The notes under the pieces are model-generated. The model was given only the letters and a program-made list of their open reading frames with translations, was not told the origin of the DNA and ran no database searches. A program made the position numbers and the translations under genes. A DNA stretch of 64,000 nt from Chitinophagaceae bacterium (lineage in GTDB: Bacteria; Bacteroidota; Bacteroidia; Chitinophagales; Chitinophagaceae), in the NCBI GenBank assembly GCA_044220885.1, contig JBGAQE010000003.1, positions 2,414-66,413 on the forward strand. The letters are read 5' to 3'. Below are positions 38,680 to 51,288 of this stretch, one piece after another (the first letter of the stretch is position 1; the number at the start of each line of letters is the position of its first letter).

Positions 38680-41600
38680 ATGAACCAGCATCTTCAAAAT
38701 ATCATTGATATAATTCAAAACTCCCAGCACCTGACTGAAGAAGAAAAAGGGATTCTTATAAAATCGGCAAAAACTGCTGATAAGGAATTGGAAATTGCCA
38801 ACTTTAAATTACAGCGGACTGAAAAAGTAAAACATACAACAGCTGTTCTCCTTGATGAAACCATTATTGAGCTTGAAGAAAAAAGAAAGATACTGGAAGC
38901 AAAAAACATGGAGCTGGAAATTGAAACCGCTTTGGAAAAAGTCCGTACAGTAGCGATGGGTATGAAGCAGGCTGATGATATGATTGATATCTGCAAAACA
39001 ATCTCGCATGAATTAGAAAAATTAGGTGTCCTCGAAATTCGAAATGTTCAAACGGCAATCATATATCCAGAGAAGGGCTCCTATATGAACTATGAGTATT
39101 ATGCAAAACACGATAAAACATTAGCAACAGAAGTTTTGTACAATAACCATGAATTATCAAATGCCTTTATAGAAAAAATGCTCCAGGGGCCGAATGAATT
39201 TTTCTTCAAGAGCCTCTTTGGAAACGAAGTTCAGGATTGGTATGAGTTTCAAAAAACGACTAATCAGTTTGTGGATTCCTTTTTAGCTACTGCCACCTCA
39301 CTTAACTATTACTGGTTTTCCTTAGGACCTGTAGCGCTGGGAGTCTCTACCTATGAGCCTCTTAGCAAAGAGCAACAGGATTTGTTTGTACGATTCCGAA
39401 ATGTATTCGAATTATCGTACCGACGATATCTTGATATTGAAAAAGCTATAGCACAAACAAGAGAGGCAGAAATTGAATTAGCGTTAGAAAGAGTAAGAGC
39501 CAGGACGATGGCTATGCAACAGAGTAATGAACTTCCAGAAGCAGCAAATATTCTATTCCAACAAGTACAGTCACTCGGAATGCCAGCGTGGAGTGCAGGC
39601 TACTGTATTTGGGACGAAGACCATCAGGCCTTCACATTATGGATGAGCAGTGCTGGTATTATTCAACAGCCTTTCAAGGCACCTGTTACTGATGACCCTT
39701 CGTTTATCCGTTTTCATGAAGCTTATAAACGTGGCGAATCATTTTATGTAGAAGCCATTGGTGGCAATGAGCTGGTTTTGCATTATGAATATATGTGCAA
39801 ACTACCTGTTGTGGGTGAAATGCTGACTCAGTTTGTAAAAGATGGTGGGAACTTGCCAGAGTTCCAGATTTTTCATTTGGTTTTCTTTTCACAGGGCTTT
39901 TTGCTTTTCATAACCTATGAGCCTGTTCCGGAATCTCACCCTGTTTTTAAACGATTCGGTAGTGTATTTGATCAAACCTATACCCGCTTCCTCGACTTAC
40001 AAAGAGCAGAAGCACAGGCAAGGGAAGCTCAGATTGAAACATCGCTGGAAAGAGTACGTAGCAAAACAATGGCAATGCACAATAGCCAGGATGTTGGAGA
40101 AACTGCTGCTGTAATGGTTGATGAACTCCAAAGGCTTGGCATCGAAACAATACGATGTGGCATCGGTATCATGCACGAACCCGGTGATATGGAAGTGTGG
40201 ACCATTTCAACAGATGAAAACAAAAAAACAACAATCATAATTGGGTGGCTTGATATGAACATGCATCCTTTATTATTTGGCGCGTTTGATACCTGGCGGC
40301 AAAAAAAAGGATACTATTCATATGAACTGAAAGGGGATGATATGGTAAACTATTACAATGCCATCAATAGCTACCCGGGATATCCTATCCGATACGATAC
40401 CCGTTCCTTACCCGAAAAAATCTTCCATAATGAATTTCACTTCAATGAAGGCACTTTGTTTTCATTTGCTCTGATTGATTTAACTGAAGAGCAGAAAAAA
40501 ATATTCAAACGATTCGCATCAGTATTCGGTCAAACATACCGTCGCTACCTGGATCTGCAAAAAGCGGAAGCGCAGGCAAAAGAAGCACAGATAGAAACCG
40601 CTTTGGAAAGAGTAAGAAGTCGAACTCTGGCCATGCAAAAAAGTGAGGAATTGGCAGAAACAGCTGCTGTAGTTTTCCAGCAATTAATAAGTCTCGGCAT
40701 AGAACCCAATAGATTATTTATATCGATAGTAAATGAGGAAAAAGATAATGCGGAATTCTGGCTGACTGAAGAAGATGGAACAAAAATAAGCCGATCTTTT
40801 ACTACCGATTTGGTATCCAATATGTCATTGGCTAAGATGTATGAGGGTTGGAAGCAACAGCAGAAATCCTTGATAATCGATATGCAGGGGGAAGAGCTGC
40901 AATCCTATTTCAGCCATCTCACCCGACTGGGCGTGCCTTTCAAAGATGGATTAAAACAAAAAAGAAGAATACAGGAGATTGCGTATTTCAGCAAGGGATT
41001 TATTGGTATGGCTTCTCCCGATGAACAACCTGTTGAAACATTAAACTTACTGGAACGCTTTGCTGCTGTATTCAATCTCACTTTCACCCGTTTCAACGAC
41101 TTAAAGATAGCGGAAGCACATGCCCTGCAGGCTGAAGAAGATTTAATGGCTATCAAGGAAGCAAAACAAAAAGCAGAAGAGGCACTCACAGAACTACAAG
41201 CCACTCAAAAGCAATTGATTCAGTCTGAGAAGATGGCTTCATTGGGAGAACTGACAGCTGGGATAGCCCATGAAATTCAGAATCCTTTGAACTTCGTCAA
41301 TAATTTCAGCGAAGTAAGCAAGGAACTATTAGATGAAATGAAAATCGCTATCGATAAAGGAGATACTGTTGAAGCAAAAGAAATAGCCAGCGACGTAATT
41401 CAGAATCTTGAAAAAATAAATCATCACGGCAAACGGGCAGATAGCATTGTGAAAGGGATGTTACAGCATAGCAGAACCAGCAGCGGTCAAAAAGAACTGA
41501 CTGATATCAATGCCTTAACAGATGAGTACCTGCGATTAGCCTATCATGGTCTTCGTGCAAAAGATAAAAACTTTAATGCTACTTTAAAAACAGAGTATTC

Positions 41601-41953
41601 AGATGCCATCGGAAAAGCGAATATCATTCCACAGGATATGGGACGTGTGATATTGAACCTTATCACGAACGCTTTTTACACAGTAAATGAAAAAAAGAAA
41701 TCGGGAGACTCCAAATACGAGCCAATAGTATCCGTTCGCACATTAACAGACAGAAACAATATATTAATCAGCGTATCCGATAACGGGAATGGAATTCCAA
41801 AAGTATTTGATAAAATATTCAGCCTTCTTTACGACAAACCGGACAGGTGACATTAGTTATGTTAATATGATATTGTGAAGGCGCATGGTGGGGATTAGTG
41901 CAAATAAAGAAAACAGGAAGCTCAAAGCATTTATCATCCAATTACCATCATAA
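38680..41953 (+). CDS. Cytoplasmic histidine kinase with four tandem GAF-like modules; ATPase C-terminus frameshifted after ~41800
   Basis: Four (A/S)LE(K/R)VR...MAM repeats; QSEKMASLGELTAGIAHEIQNPLNF; DNGNGI. The IVKAHGG and FIIQLPS* remnants lie out of frame to 41953. Confidence 0.85.
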
Positions 41954-41969
41954 AGTAGGTTAGCTAGAT

Positions 41970-44212
41970 AAAAATTATACAAAGAAGCATTTGCTGGTTA
42001 TCTTACTACTATGTGCACTTAGCCTTCCATCAATAGCTCAGCAGTCAAAATTGGATTCAATGTACATGTTGGTAAAAAAGCAAAACCCCCAATGGTATAG
42101 ATACGGCCACCTTTGATGTGACCAATTATCCTCAACGCAGCTATAATTACTAGTGCTGAACTTGTTCAGATTAGCTTCGAAATGAGCTATTTAAAAAAGG
42201 GAACTGACGAAGATATACCTTACCTGTATTAAGTTAAGTGGATTAGCGGCACTCAATAATTCTAATGTAATCAAGGCTATTTCCTATGGAGTAAACACTC
42301 TAATAAAGCTGGAAACTACAAAATCGCCCAATGCAAGATATATTAGACGGATTTTGGCGTTTCTCAAATCTACTAGAAATTCAGACAGATTGCCAGAAGC
42401 TTTATTATTATACAGAGAAGCAATTATTACTTAAAAGAAAACACAATATTCTCTTATTTCCACCTGCTATTGGGTAGTCGGGATATATTATACAATCGGC
42501 TTAATGGAACCCGCTATTTTAATGAAAAATCAGTCAGTTATCTGATAGCAGCCTGGTTATTGAAAAAAACTTTTTTTTTGACAGTGTTAATAACGGATTA
42601 AGAGGATGGATAAACAATACATCTGTAGTGGTCAATTTTATCTTGAATCAGACCAGTATGCACAATGTGCCAATTACATTTATATGTTGATTGATAAAGC
42701 CTATTAATTATTTCTATAAAGTAAATGGACCTACCAAAAGGGTGTTGCTTCATTGCTATATGCTAGCAGGATTTTAGCAAAAGCGAAAATATTATCTAAT
42801 CCAATTGGAAATAGTGTGCCTTTCTTTTATAACTATGGCAGAAAACACCTTTATTGAATTCACCTATCCAGCTTCTTCAGCCTATCTATTACAGATTAAG
42901 GCCTTATATAAAATTCAAACCGGGCCTACAGTGAAGCTGAATCATTGTTACAACAATGCTGGAATCTTATCAACCATATAATATCGGTGTATCACCCGGT
43001 CTGGAATTATAGAACCTGATTATTATTTATCCTATTAGGATAAAACAAACAGGCTACCTGATGCAGAATTTCCCTCTTACTGAAGAAAATGTGGTCCAAA
43101 AATTTAGGAAAATGCTCTTAAGACTATAAACTCTTGGGGACTTATATGAACAAACTGGTGACATTTCAAATCAAGGAATGCATATAGGACCTATATAAAT
43201 TTACAAGATAGTGTTCAGACAGATCAAGCCAAATACCGTACTATCAGCTTTGGAAATAGAACAACAAATCAAGGAAAGGAAATATCGATTTCTAAATTGG
43301 AAAGCACCAATAAACTATCTTCTATTACTCGGAATTTCTCTATGCTTATTGGCCGTATTGTTGATTCTCGCGAGACAATCTTTATCGTTTCAGTCAAAAA
43401 GAAGGATAACGAAGTGTTGGAAAAAACATTAATCTGACTTAAAAAATCCATAGCACAATTGATCCAATCTGAAAGATGGCTTCATTGGAGACTCACCGCA
43501 GGCATAGCCCATGGAAATCCAGAACCCATTGAACTTCGTCATCTTGTTTCAAGTAAATAAGAGATTGTTGGAAGAGTTAAAGAGGAAATAAAGGCAATTG
43601 GGAAGAAGTAAAAATATTGCTGACGATGTTATGGCAACTGAGCGTCAATCTGCTAAACGTACTGATGCCTATTGCAAGAGCATGCTACCTTTCCAAGCAA
43701 CAGCATTAAAGGAACCTACAGATATCAATGCATTAGCCGATGAATACCTGCGTTTAGCTTATCATGGCTTACGGGCAAAAGACAAATCATTCAACGCCAC
43801 CTTAAAGACCGATTTTGATAATACTATAACTCCTGTCACTATCATACCACAAGATATCGGCCGCGTAATCCTCAACCTGATCACCAATGCCTTTTATGTT
43901 GTGGATGAAAAGAAAAAGCAACAACCACAGCAGCAAAACAATACGATCCAACAGTGAGTGTAAGCACCAAACTTCTAAAATACAACTCTGGCGATGGAAT
44001 AAATTCGTTATATCAGTAAAGGATAATGGCAATGGCATCCCACAAAACATCCTTGATAAGATTTTCCAGCCCTTCTTCACCACCAAACCAACTGGGCAAC
44101 AGAACTTGGGTTAAGCCTGAGTTACGATATTGTAAAAGCGCATGGCGGGGAATTGAAGGTGCAGACAAAGGAAGGGGAAGGGACGGAGTTTATAATTGTA
44201 TTGCCGGTGTAA
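41970..44212 (+). pseudogene. Heavily frameshifted membrane sensor histidine kinase (pseudogene or assembly errors)
   Basis: Fragments in shifting frames: [69 protein letters not shown] and [13 protein letters not shown]...FIIVLPV*. Confidence 0.75.
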
Positions 44213-44222
44213 TATGAAATAA

Positions 44223-44269
44223 GGTTGTATATGGTTGAAAACCTTTAAGGTTTTCAACCATATACAACC
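44223..44269. repeat. REP-like palindrome family B, copy 1
   Basis: GGTTGTATATGGTTGAAAACC-TTTAA-GGTTTTCAACCATATACAACC, a perfect 21-bp stem. Confidence 0.9.
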
Positions 44270-44451
44270 AACTGATGGAACTATTCATTAACAATTGTAT
44301 AAAACCTCAATCTATACAACTCTTTTTTAATCAGAATATAGGAAAATTCAATTTTCGCAAAAGCTAGTACCAGTGCGGTTTTCACACATACTTTAGATAC
44401 AAAACGAAGGAATGCCAGGCCTGAATCAGCCGAAAATGCACCTTGATTAAA

Positions 44452-44510
44452 AGATTTGGTTGTAAACGGTTGAAAACCTTTAAGGTTTTCAACCGTTTAC
44501 AACCAAATCT
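44452..44510. repeat. REP-like palindrome family B, copy 2 (stem extended to 27 bp)
   Basis: agatttGGTTGTAAACGGTTGAAAACC-TTTAA-GGTTTTCAACCGTTTACAACCaaatct. Confidence 0.9.
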
Positions 44511-44513
44511 ACC

Positions 44514-44861
44514 CTATTCACCATCGGGCCTTACCAATTTTGCCAGCTTTTCAGGCGCCACTTCACAATAGGCAGTTGTAACAGCATCTATAAACAAAGA
44601 CTTATTGACCTTTTTCATTTCAATAAGCGTCCACCCCTGCTTTCCCCACTTATTATCTACAGGATAGATTATAGTCTTGTCAGCTGATGAAAAAACATCC
44701 TGATCAATGACAGATAACTTGATACAGGCTCTTTTCTTTATATCATCATACGTCGCGAATATTTTCTTTTTGATCCTGAATGAAGATTTTTCGAAATGAG
44801 GTTCTTCCGTTACTTCTGGAAATGAAAGGGCAACCTTTCTCAATGTTTCAATTGTGACCAT
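44514..44861 (-). CDS. MmcQ/YjbR family protein
   Basis: ALSFPEVTEEPHFEK.SFR..KKIFA and KWGKQGWT. Confidence 0.9.
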   Translation of the reverse strand: MVTIETLRKVALSFPEVTEEPHFEKSSFRIKKKIFATYDDIKKRACIKLSVIDQDVFSSADKTIIYPVDNKWGKQGWTLIEMKKVNKSLFIDAVTTAYCEVAPEKLAKLVRPDGE

Positions 44862-44926
44862 TGCAGGAGTTTAATTGTAGGATTTACCAATAGCTGTGAG
44901 TTTCATTGGAATTCTCAAAATTGTCA

Positions 44927-45520
44927 CTAAAGCCTATCCACGACTCTTGTAAAATACTTGTCATCCACAAACACCCAAGTTACTTCATATTTACTTCCTT
45001 CTGATCCACCTATCATATAGATATACATCCTTCGCTTATTAGCAGCGTAATAAGCTTTATAATTTGGAGAAACCAACAATGCCTTTTTCCCGGTCCTGCC
45101 GGTTACATCGCATGATAAATTCTGGTTTATACCATCAAATGCTTTCCGAGGCATCTTCACCAAAAAATGGGAATGCGTAACTACAGATATGGAATCCAGC
45201 TTCCTATCAGGAGCATACCCCTTAAAATAGAGATGTATAAACGTGCTGACAGAGCTATTGAACTTACTCAGAGAAAAAGCTACTTCACTATCGCTGCAAT
45301 GTTGTAATGGAATTTCAATCAATGGAATCTTTTCTATCGTGGTATAATCAGATGAAGTGCTCTGCTTCTTTGAAAAACTGGAAATCTCCAATTTAACAAT
45401 ACTATCAGATACGAATTCCAGCCGTTTCGAATTCGTACCGCTTTGTGCTAAAGAAGAATAAACTGAAAGACAGGCGAGAATCAGTAAGCATAAAGGCTTA
45501 TATGGTTTCCAACATATCAT
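44927..45520 (-). CDS. Secreted hypothetical protein
   Basis: Signal peptide AQ; YIYM.GG..G..YEVTWVF....Y..RVVD. Confidence 0.65.
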   Translation of the reverse strand: MICWKPYKPLCLLILACLSVYSSLAQSGTNSKRLEFVSDSIVKLEISSFSKKQSTSSDYTTIEKIPLIEIPLQHCSDSEVAFSLSKFNSSVSTFIHLYFKGYAPDRKLDSISVVTHSHFLVKMPRKAFDGINQNLSCDVTGRTGKKALLVSPNYKAYYAANKRRMYIYMIGGSEGSKYEVTWVFVDDKYFTRVVDRL

Positions 45521-45661
45521 TGGGTGTTTTTAGGGATACTTACCTTTTTTAGTGATTTAAATTTCGGTATTATTCTAAAGAACCATTGATTTGCAGCGTT
45601 AAATTTTGCAAAATTTGCTACGAACTTGAATTTCAAGAATTACAAATGGCAGACTTGTCAA

Positions 45662-46555
45662 TTACCACTCTCTCCACTCCTCTGTAATATCTAATCCCTC
45701 ATCAATAACAAATCCGTTAATCGAATAGCATTTTGCAGAAATTCTATTAGTTCATCCCTTTCCATCGTATCAATAAAGCAATCATACTTATCGTTTAATT
45801 TATTAAGACCAAGCACTAGCTTTTTTGTAGCAGTATATACCGCCTTTGCATTCTTTTTTTCGGTGGCATTTATCAGGTTAGTAATAAATTCCTTCAAAAG
45901 CATATCAGTAGCAGAAATACTTGCTGCTGAAAAATTCATATCCCCCTCTTGCATTCTTTTCTCCCAATCAACAACAGGTGTCTGGTTCTTTATCTCTGCA
46001 AGTTGTTGAAGGCCTGAATTGTTTATGTTCTTGTTTTGCTTATTGAGAGAAACGGTCAGCGCCCTCTTTTTCTTGAAACTTAGTTCCAGAGGCATTATCC
46101 TTATCCAAATGAGATGACCCGATTCATTAAATCCAGTCAGATATTGAAAAGCTTCAGTATTAAACAGCATATAGCTTCCGTAACTTGTCACTGACGATTC
46201 AGCCGCTTTTTCCCAATCTTCTTCTTTACCTGTTCAGCTGTATCAGAAAAACCCAATCAAAGGGGAGCGCATAAGGATAATTTGTATTCCCTTTATGGCT
46301 TCCTAAATTTATTTCCTCTAATACGGATTCATCATGGGAATCTGTATAGGATTTATTGATTGGACCGTAATCACTATTATAATTGTTCTTCCCTTTAAAT
46401 ACCAATGTAACATCTAAGGTCTTTGATTGATAAGTCCGCCAACAGACACTATTCTCCGGGCGCTCTCCATAAATACCCAGATTCTTAAAAAGCAACATTA
46501 CTTCCGGGCTAAATTCCGAATAGCCGAAAAGAGACATTATTTCTTCTGGTTTCAC
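45662..46555 (-). pseudogene. Single hypothetical (immunity-protein-like) gene split by two frameshifts
   Basis: 46555 ORF ...YPYALPFD continues in another frame as LGFSDTAEQVKKKIGKK...; after RLT a further frame reads GFVIDEGLDITEEWREW* to 45662. Confidence 0.6.
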
Positions 46556-46660
46556 ATTCAGTAGATTTTAAATTACCAATAAGTAATAACAGAAATTTCT
46601 ATCACAAAAGGATCTGGCTTTTATAGCATTTATAATACCTGGAATCCATTTCCAAACAGG

Positions 46661-49063
46661 TTATCTCCCCAACTGCCATGCCGTTATCCACATCACTGAA
46701 GCAGTAGTATGCATCCATACTTCCTTATAGGTGGCATTTACCTGCATCGGCATGTAAGGGGCGTCTTCATTCTCAAAGGTTTCAATGCCTACCGGCACTG
46801 CTCCTACTACATCTCCCAGATAAGCACCATACAAAGGCGGGTAATCATACCCCTCTCCATATATTGTACTCATGGCGAAAGGATTAAACCCAACCACATA
46901 TTCTAATTGGCGCGTCCCTATACTTCTCAGGGTTTCATCTTTAAAAACAGTTGAGAGTAATAAAGCGGCCTGCGCTTTTCCAAGCATAACCCCATGAAAT
47001 CCCCTGAACTGATAGGCAACAGGAAAACGCCTTAAATAATAATCCCCTCCCAGCAAAATTCCATTCTTCACTTGTGCATTATACTCTTCCATTGAAGGCA
47101 TGCCTACCTGATCTCCTTCATGATAAATTCCTTTGAAATCAGCATTATCCAACTGATAAACAGCAGCCGGTAAAATACCATATGGAGGAATTATTCCAGC
47201 AATAGCTTTTAGATATTCCGCATAGGCTAAACAGGTAGTCCGCCATTGCCCGGCACGTGGATGATCTGGAGCCAACTTTAGTAACTCCGTAAGCGCCTTA
47301 ATATTTACTTCTTCCTGGCTCTGATGGAAATACTCCAATGGTCGCTGCTTTTTCCGTGATGCATAGAAGAAACCTCTCAGTGGAATAGTCCATTCATCAC
47401 ATGTTTCTTCAACTCCTGGCATTCCATTATTACATCGGCATAAGTAGCCGCTTTCTCCAGATAAGTTTTATCATGAGTAAGTTGATACAGTCTTGCTGCA
47501 GCCCATGCCGCCAAAGCATACACTTCCACTTCATTTTTTTCTGTTACAACATCTGAAAGAGCCACTACTCCATATTTAAAATCCGCTATCGCGGCTTCAC
47601 GACACCAATTGGCAAAAACAGGATCTTTCTCCTGAAAAAAAGGCACGGCTCTGGCAGTAGTCAGGGCTGAATGCAGATTTTCTAATGAAGAACGCGTGGC
47701 CTTGCTTTCCATATCATCCTTTGTGCCGATCTGGTTATCTGTCCAGATACCAATTATCAATCCACCCTGACGATACCCATCGCCAAAACGGGTATTCAGC
47801 ATCCAGTTTAATCCCCAACGTGCTTCTTCAAGTGTTCTGTTATATAATACCGGATCACGTTTTTGGACTGATGCTGCCAATTCTAAGAGAGCATTAACGC
47901 CACGCGCCGTGTTCCCGAGTCCCTGTGTTAAATCAGCGGCATCGTGCCAGCCACCATTGACGGGAATTTTCCTGCCGTCGGGATGAACACAAAACACATC
48001 CTTATGGCATTCCTGGTGTATACCAGCCTGATCATATCCGCATCGTTCTGCAAAAAAGAAATTCAGGGTTTTCCAGGCTGTACTCAGATAAGCGTCACTA
48101 CCTATCGGGAAATTACCAGACAGCTTATTTCCTTGCCTTATTCGGTATTGACCAGGTTTTTCAAAGGAACTGAAATCAAGCAATACAAATCCGTTTTCAA
48201 GTTCCTTCCCTTTGCCATTGAATACAATCGATCCTTTTCCATCGAGTAACTGGAAATCTTTTGAGATTACATTCTGAACAAGGGCCTGCTTCATGCTGCC
48301 TTTGGTATATCCTGTATGACTATACGCAATGGTACCCTTCCTCAAATCGAAGCCCCTGGTCTTTTCAGCATCAACTGTTTCAAGGCGGAGGTCACGGATT
48401 TGCAACTTAAGACTATCGCTAGCTCCTGCAGGAGAGCCTCCAAGCATGAGGCTTACTGAAATTCCAGTAACCTTATCTCTGTAAAGATCTGGTATCTCCC
48501 AAATCAATTGCATCCATTGCTGCGGGTATACGGTTACATAATGCTGTCCCTCGAAACGTCCGGGTACTGGCATAATATGAGCTCCCTCATTATATAGGGT
48601 CAGTCCTGCAAACGCTGAATAAAACCCCGGAGCCTCCAGTTTAACCCATACACTGATCCTATTGTATTGCTGAATATTTTCCTGAGCAAGAGGACGTATC
48701 ATTTCTTTGCAAAGCATAACTGCGGTTGCTGGGGTTTTTAATTGGAAGGGATGAAGGCGCTGCAAACTCTATGGCTTGTTCGCCAGTAAAATGTATATCA
48801 TGGTGTAACCGTAACACACCTGGCCCTTTATATTGCAATGAAGTAAAGTCGGAGGATAAGGGAAGAGACCGGCTTTTAATGACCTTCTTACTCTTCCAGC
48901 GGGTGTATCCCATATCTGCCGAATCTGGTATCAATATGCTTCTTAGATATCCGGAGGCTTTTAACTGTCGGGAAAATGCATTCTCCTGCGCCAATAACGA
49001 ATCAGGAAACAAAACCAGAAAGAAGACACAAAGAAAACTAATAGGCAAAAAGCGGGAAACCAT
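46661..49063 (-). CDS. Secreted glycoside hydrolase family 9 with N-terminal extension, split by two frameshifts (~48710, ~47400)
   Basis: Signal peptide AQ; SHTGY....KQA, FFFAERCG, CH, GGWHDAADL, EEARWGLNWML, YVVGFNPFAMS.IYGEG and KEVW, spread over three overlapping ORFs. Confidence 0.8.
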
Positions 49064-49269
49064 ATCAAAGGGTTATAAAAGAATTAGGTAATTGAAAGCG
49101 ATTCACAGCTCATCTGTACAAGAAATAAAACCTTCTGTAAATTACAAACAATCTACTCTCCTCAATAAAACAATTTGTTTATGAGTTAAACTTCTTAAAT
49201 ACTACATAGGGGAAAATTTCCAAATTGTGAACGGGCTACAACTTGATTTCAGAATGTGGTAGATCTTTT

Positions 49270-49315
49270 GGTTGTAAACGGTTGAAAACCTTAAAGGTTT
49301 TCAACCGTTTACAAC
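49270..49315. repeat. REP-like palindrome family B, copy 3
   Basis: GGTTGTAAACGGTTGAAAACC-TTAAA-GGTTTTCAACCGTTTACAAC, 6 nt after the stop at 49322. Confidence 0.9.
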
Positions 49316-49321
49316 TCTATT

Positions 49322-51118
49322 TTACAGCTTCTTAATATTCAACTCCGCTAAAACTTGTTCAAACAACTTCATATCATATTTCCTGTCTCTGAAGTATTTG
49401 AAATCATCCCTCATCAAATCTTCCCAGCTGTAGCCCGGTTTAATCATATCTTTTTGATGAGCTTTATAAATATCCCTGGCCTTGGTATACTCGTTGTTAA
49501 AAATATAAAGATGAGCCATATTGATTAACATATTCAAGTCCTCCGGATAAACTTCTGTACCACGCTTGAAATAAGCTAGTGCCTCTTTGTAATTTTTGGT
49601 TTCAAAAAGATACCATGCTATATCGCCAAAAAACTGATTAGCTAATCTAAGCGTATCAATATTTGTGATTTTCCTGGCCATTGGGAACTCCTTTCCATTC
49701 ACCTTTCGACTATACCCTATCACATCGCCCTTGTCATCTTTCATCATATCCTTCTCCGCCTGGAATTCTTCATTGAAAAAGCTTGTAGGCGAAGTGAAAT
49801 ACATTTTGGCATAGGTAAAATTCGCATAGTAATGAAACTCATTATCCTTTTTACCAATGGCTGCCCAGGTATCATCATATAAATACACGCCTTCGTATGT
49901 TTTTATTAATTTCTCATCAACAGTTATACTATTTTTTCTTCTCGGTTCCCTGTAAAAGTTCTTCCAATTATAAGCCTTTGCTACACTATTAATAACTTCA
50001 GGGATAATTTTATAGTAATCGGTATTTAAGAATATGACAACTCCATTACCGTCATCAAGACTTCCAAAAAACTGTCCGCAAAACCCATCATTACCTGCAC
50101 CGTGCTGAAAGTACATAGCACCATCATGATTCTCGATAAAAGTTCCCATGGCAGCACTTTGATCGATATAGGGAGTTAAATGCAGTTTCACCATATCAGC
50201 ATTCAGCACTTTCGATTTTTTACCCTGATAGGCCAATTGCATATCGATTATATAATTACATAAATCAGTAGGTGTCATCCACAAACCGGCGGCAGCCTGC
50301 TCAGGATAAACATGAAATTTCCCATCTATTGGCTGACCATCTCTATTGTAAGCAGAGGCAAGCATTTTCCTGAGTGCTGGTGCTGGTGGTTGAGCATACG
50401 TACTGTGAGTCATCCCTATTGGCTTAAGAACATTTTCATACATCCAAACCTCATAGGGTTGCTTTACTATATCAGTTAAAATGACTTGAGAAATAGAAGT
50501 GCCACCACCTGAATATTCGTGCCTTACACTAGGCTCATACATACTGCGAACAGCAGGTGTAAAAGAAGGCGATTTCCCGTCCAATACCTGCAATAATGTT
50601 GGAATAGGTCCATTGATATTATGTCCGGGGAATCCATGAACCGTTAGTCCTCCTGTATGACTTAATAGATTAGCCAGTGTAATCTTTTTCCCTTTTGAAA
50701 GTGAATCGTAAGGAAATTTCCAGGAAGTCAGGTAGGTATTGATATCGGTATACAGATCCAATTTTTTATCCTGTGCCAATTTCAATATACCCACTGCATT
50801 CAATGATTTGGAAATGGATCCTGGTTCAAATAATGTGGCAGCTGTCATTGGTCTCTTCTCTGCTTCATCAGCCCATCCGTATCCTTTTGCCCATACAACT
50901 TTATAATTATGAATCACTGCAAGGCTTAATCCCTTAACCTTATATTTTGCCATACGTTCAATGATGGTTCCGGGTTTTTCATCATTAAGCAAAAGGTTTC
51001 CGGAAATATTATTTTCAACCTCACGAATTTTATCCAGTGTTTCTTTGGAATAGGTTTTTTGTGAATAGGCAGTGGAGCTTAAAAAGATGATGGTTACCAG
51101 AAGGAAGGCTATTCTCAT
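49322..51118 (-). CDS. Secreted serine hydrolase (AmpC-like beta-lactamase family) with C-terminal TPR
   Basis: SISK, LLSHTGG, YSGGG, AAAGLW.TP.DL and HGAG; C-terminal TPR (AWYLF...NMAHLY). Confidence 0.9.
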   Translation of the reverse strand: MRIAFLLVTIIFLSSTAYSQKTYSKETLDKIREVENNISGNLLLNDEKPGTIIERMAKYKVKGLSLAVIHNYKVVWAKGYGWADEAEKRPMTAATLFEPGSISKSLNAVGILKLAQDKKLDLYTDINTYLTSWKFPYDSLSKGKKITLANLLSHTGGLTVHGFPGHNINGPIPTLLQVLDGKSPSFTPAVRSMYEPSVRHEYSGGGTSISQVILTDIVKQPYEVWMYENVLKPIGMTHSTYAQPPAPALRKMLASAYNRDGQPIDGKFHVYPEQAAAGLWMTPTDLCNYIIDMQLAYQGKKSKVLNADMVKLHLTPYIDQSAAMGTFIENHDGAMYFQHGAGNDGFCGQFFGSLDDGNGVVIFLNTDYYKIIPEVINSVAKAYNWKNFYREPRRKNSITVDEKLIKTYEGVYLYDDTWAAIGKKDNEFHYYANFTYAKMYFTSPTSFFNEEFQAEKDMMKDDKGDVIGYSRKVNGKEFPMARKITNIDTLRLANQFFGDIAWYLFETKNYKEALAYFKRGTEVYPEDLNMLINMAHLYIFNNEYTKARDIYKAHQKDMIKPGYSWEDLMRDDFKYFRDRKYDMKLFEQVLAELNIKKL

Positions 51119-51230
51119 ATTACTTAAATTATACATAATATACAGTTGAATGGTTGATTACCCTAAATTAGGTTATAGCCTTATTTAATTTTTAATAATA
51201 TATACAAACACGATAGTTTACTATATGTAT

Positions 51231-51277
51231 GGTTGTAAACGGTTGAAAACCTTAAGGGTTTTCAACCGTTTACAACC
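51231..51277. repeat. REP-like palindrome family B, copy 4
   Basis: GGTTGTAAACGGTTGAAAACC-TTAAG-GGTTTTCAACCGTTTACAACC, 11 nt after the stop at 51289. Confidence 0.9.
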
Positions 51278-51288
51278 ACCGCTCAATA

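Noticed and set aside
46661-49063. Programmed frameshifting or a three-gene GH9 operon
   Set aside because: No slippery heptamer or stimulatory structure was seen; the breaks lie in an indel-rich zone, so error or mutation is simpler.
10197-51118. Calling the SxxK hydrolases and the erythromycin esterase bona fide resistance genes
   Set aside because: Family motifs alone do not establish substrate; most such Bacteroidota proteins are peptidases or esterases of unknown specificity.
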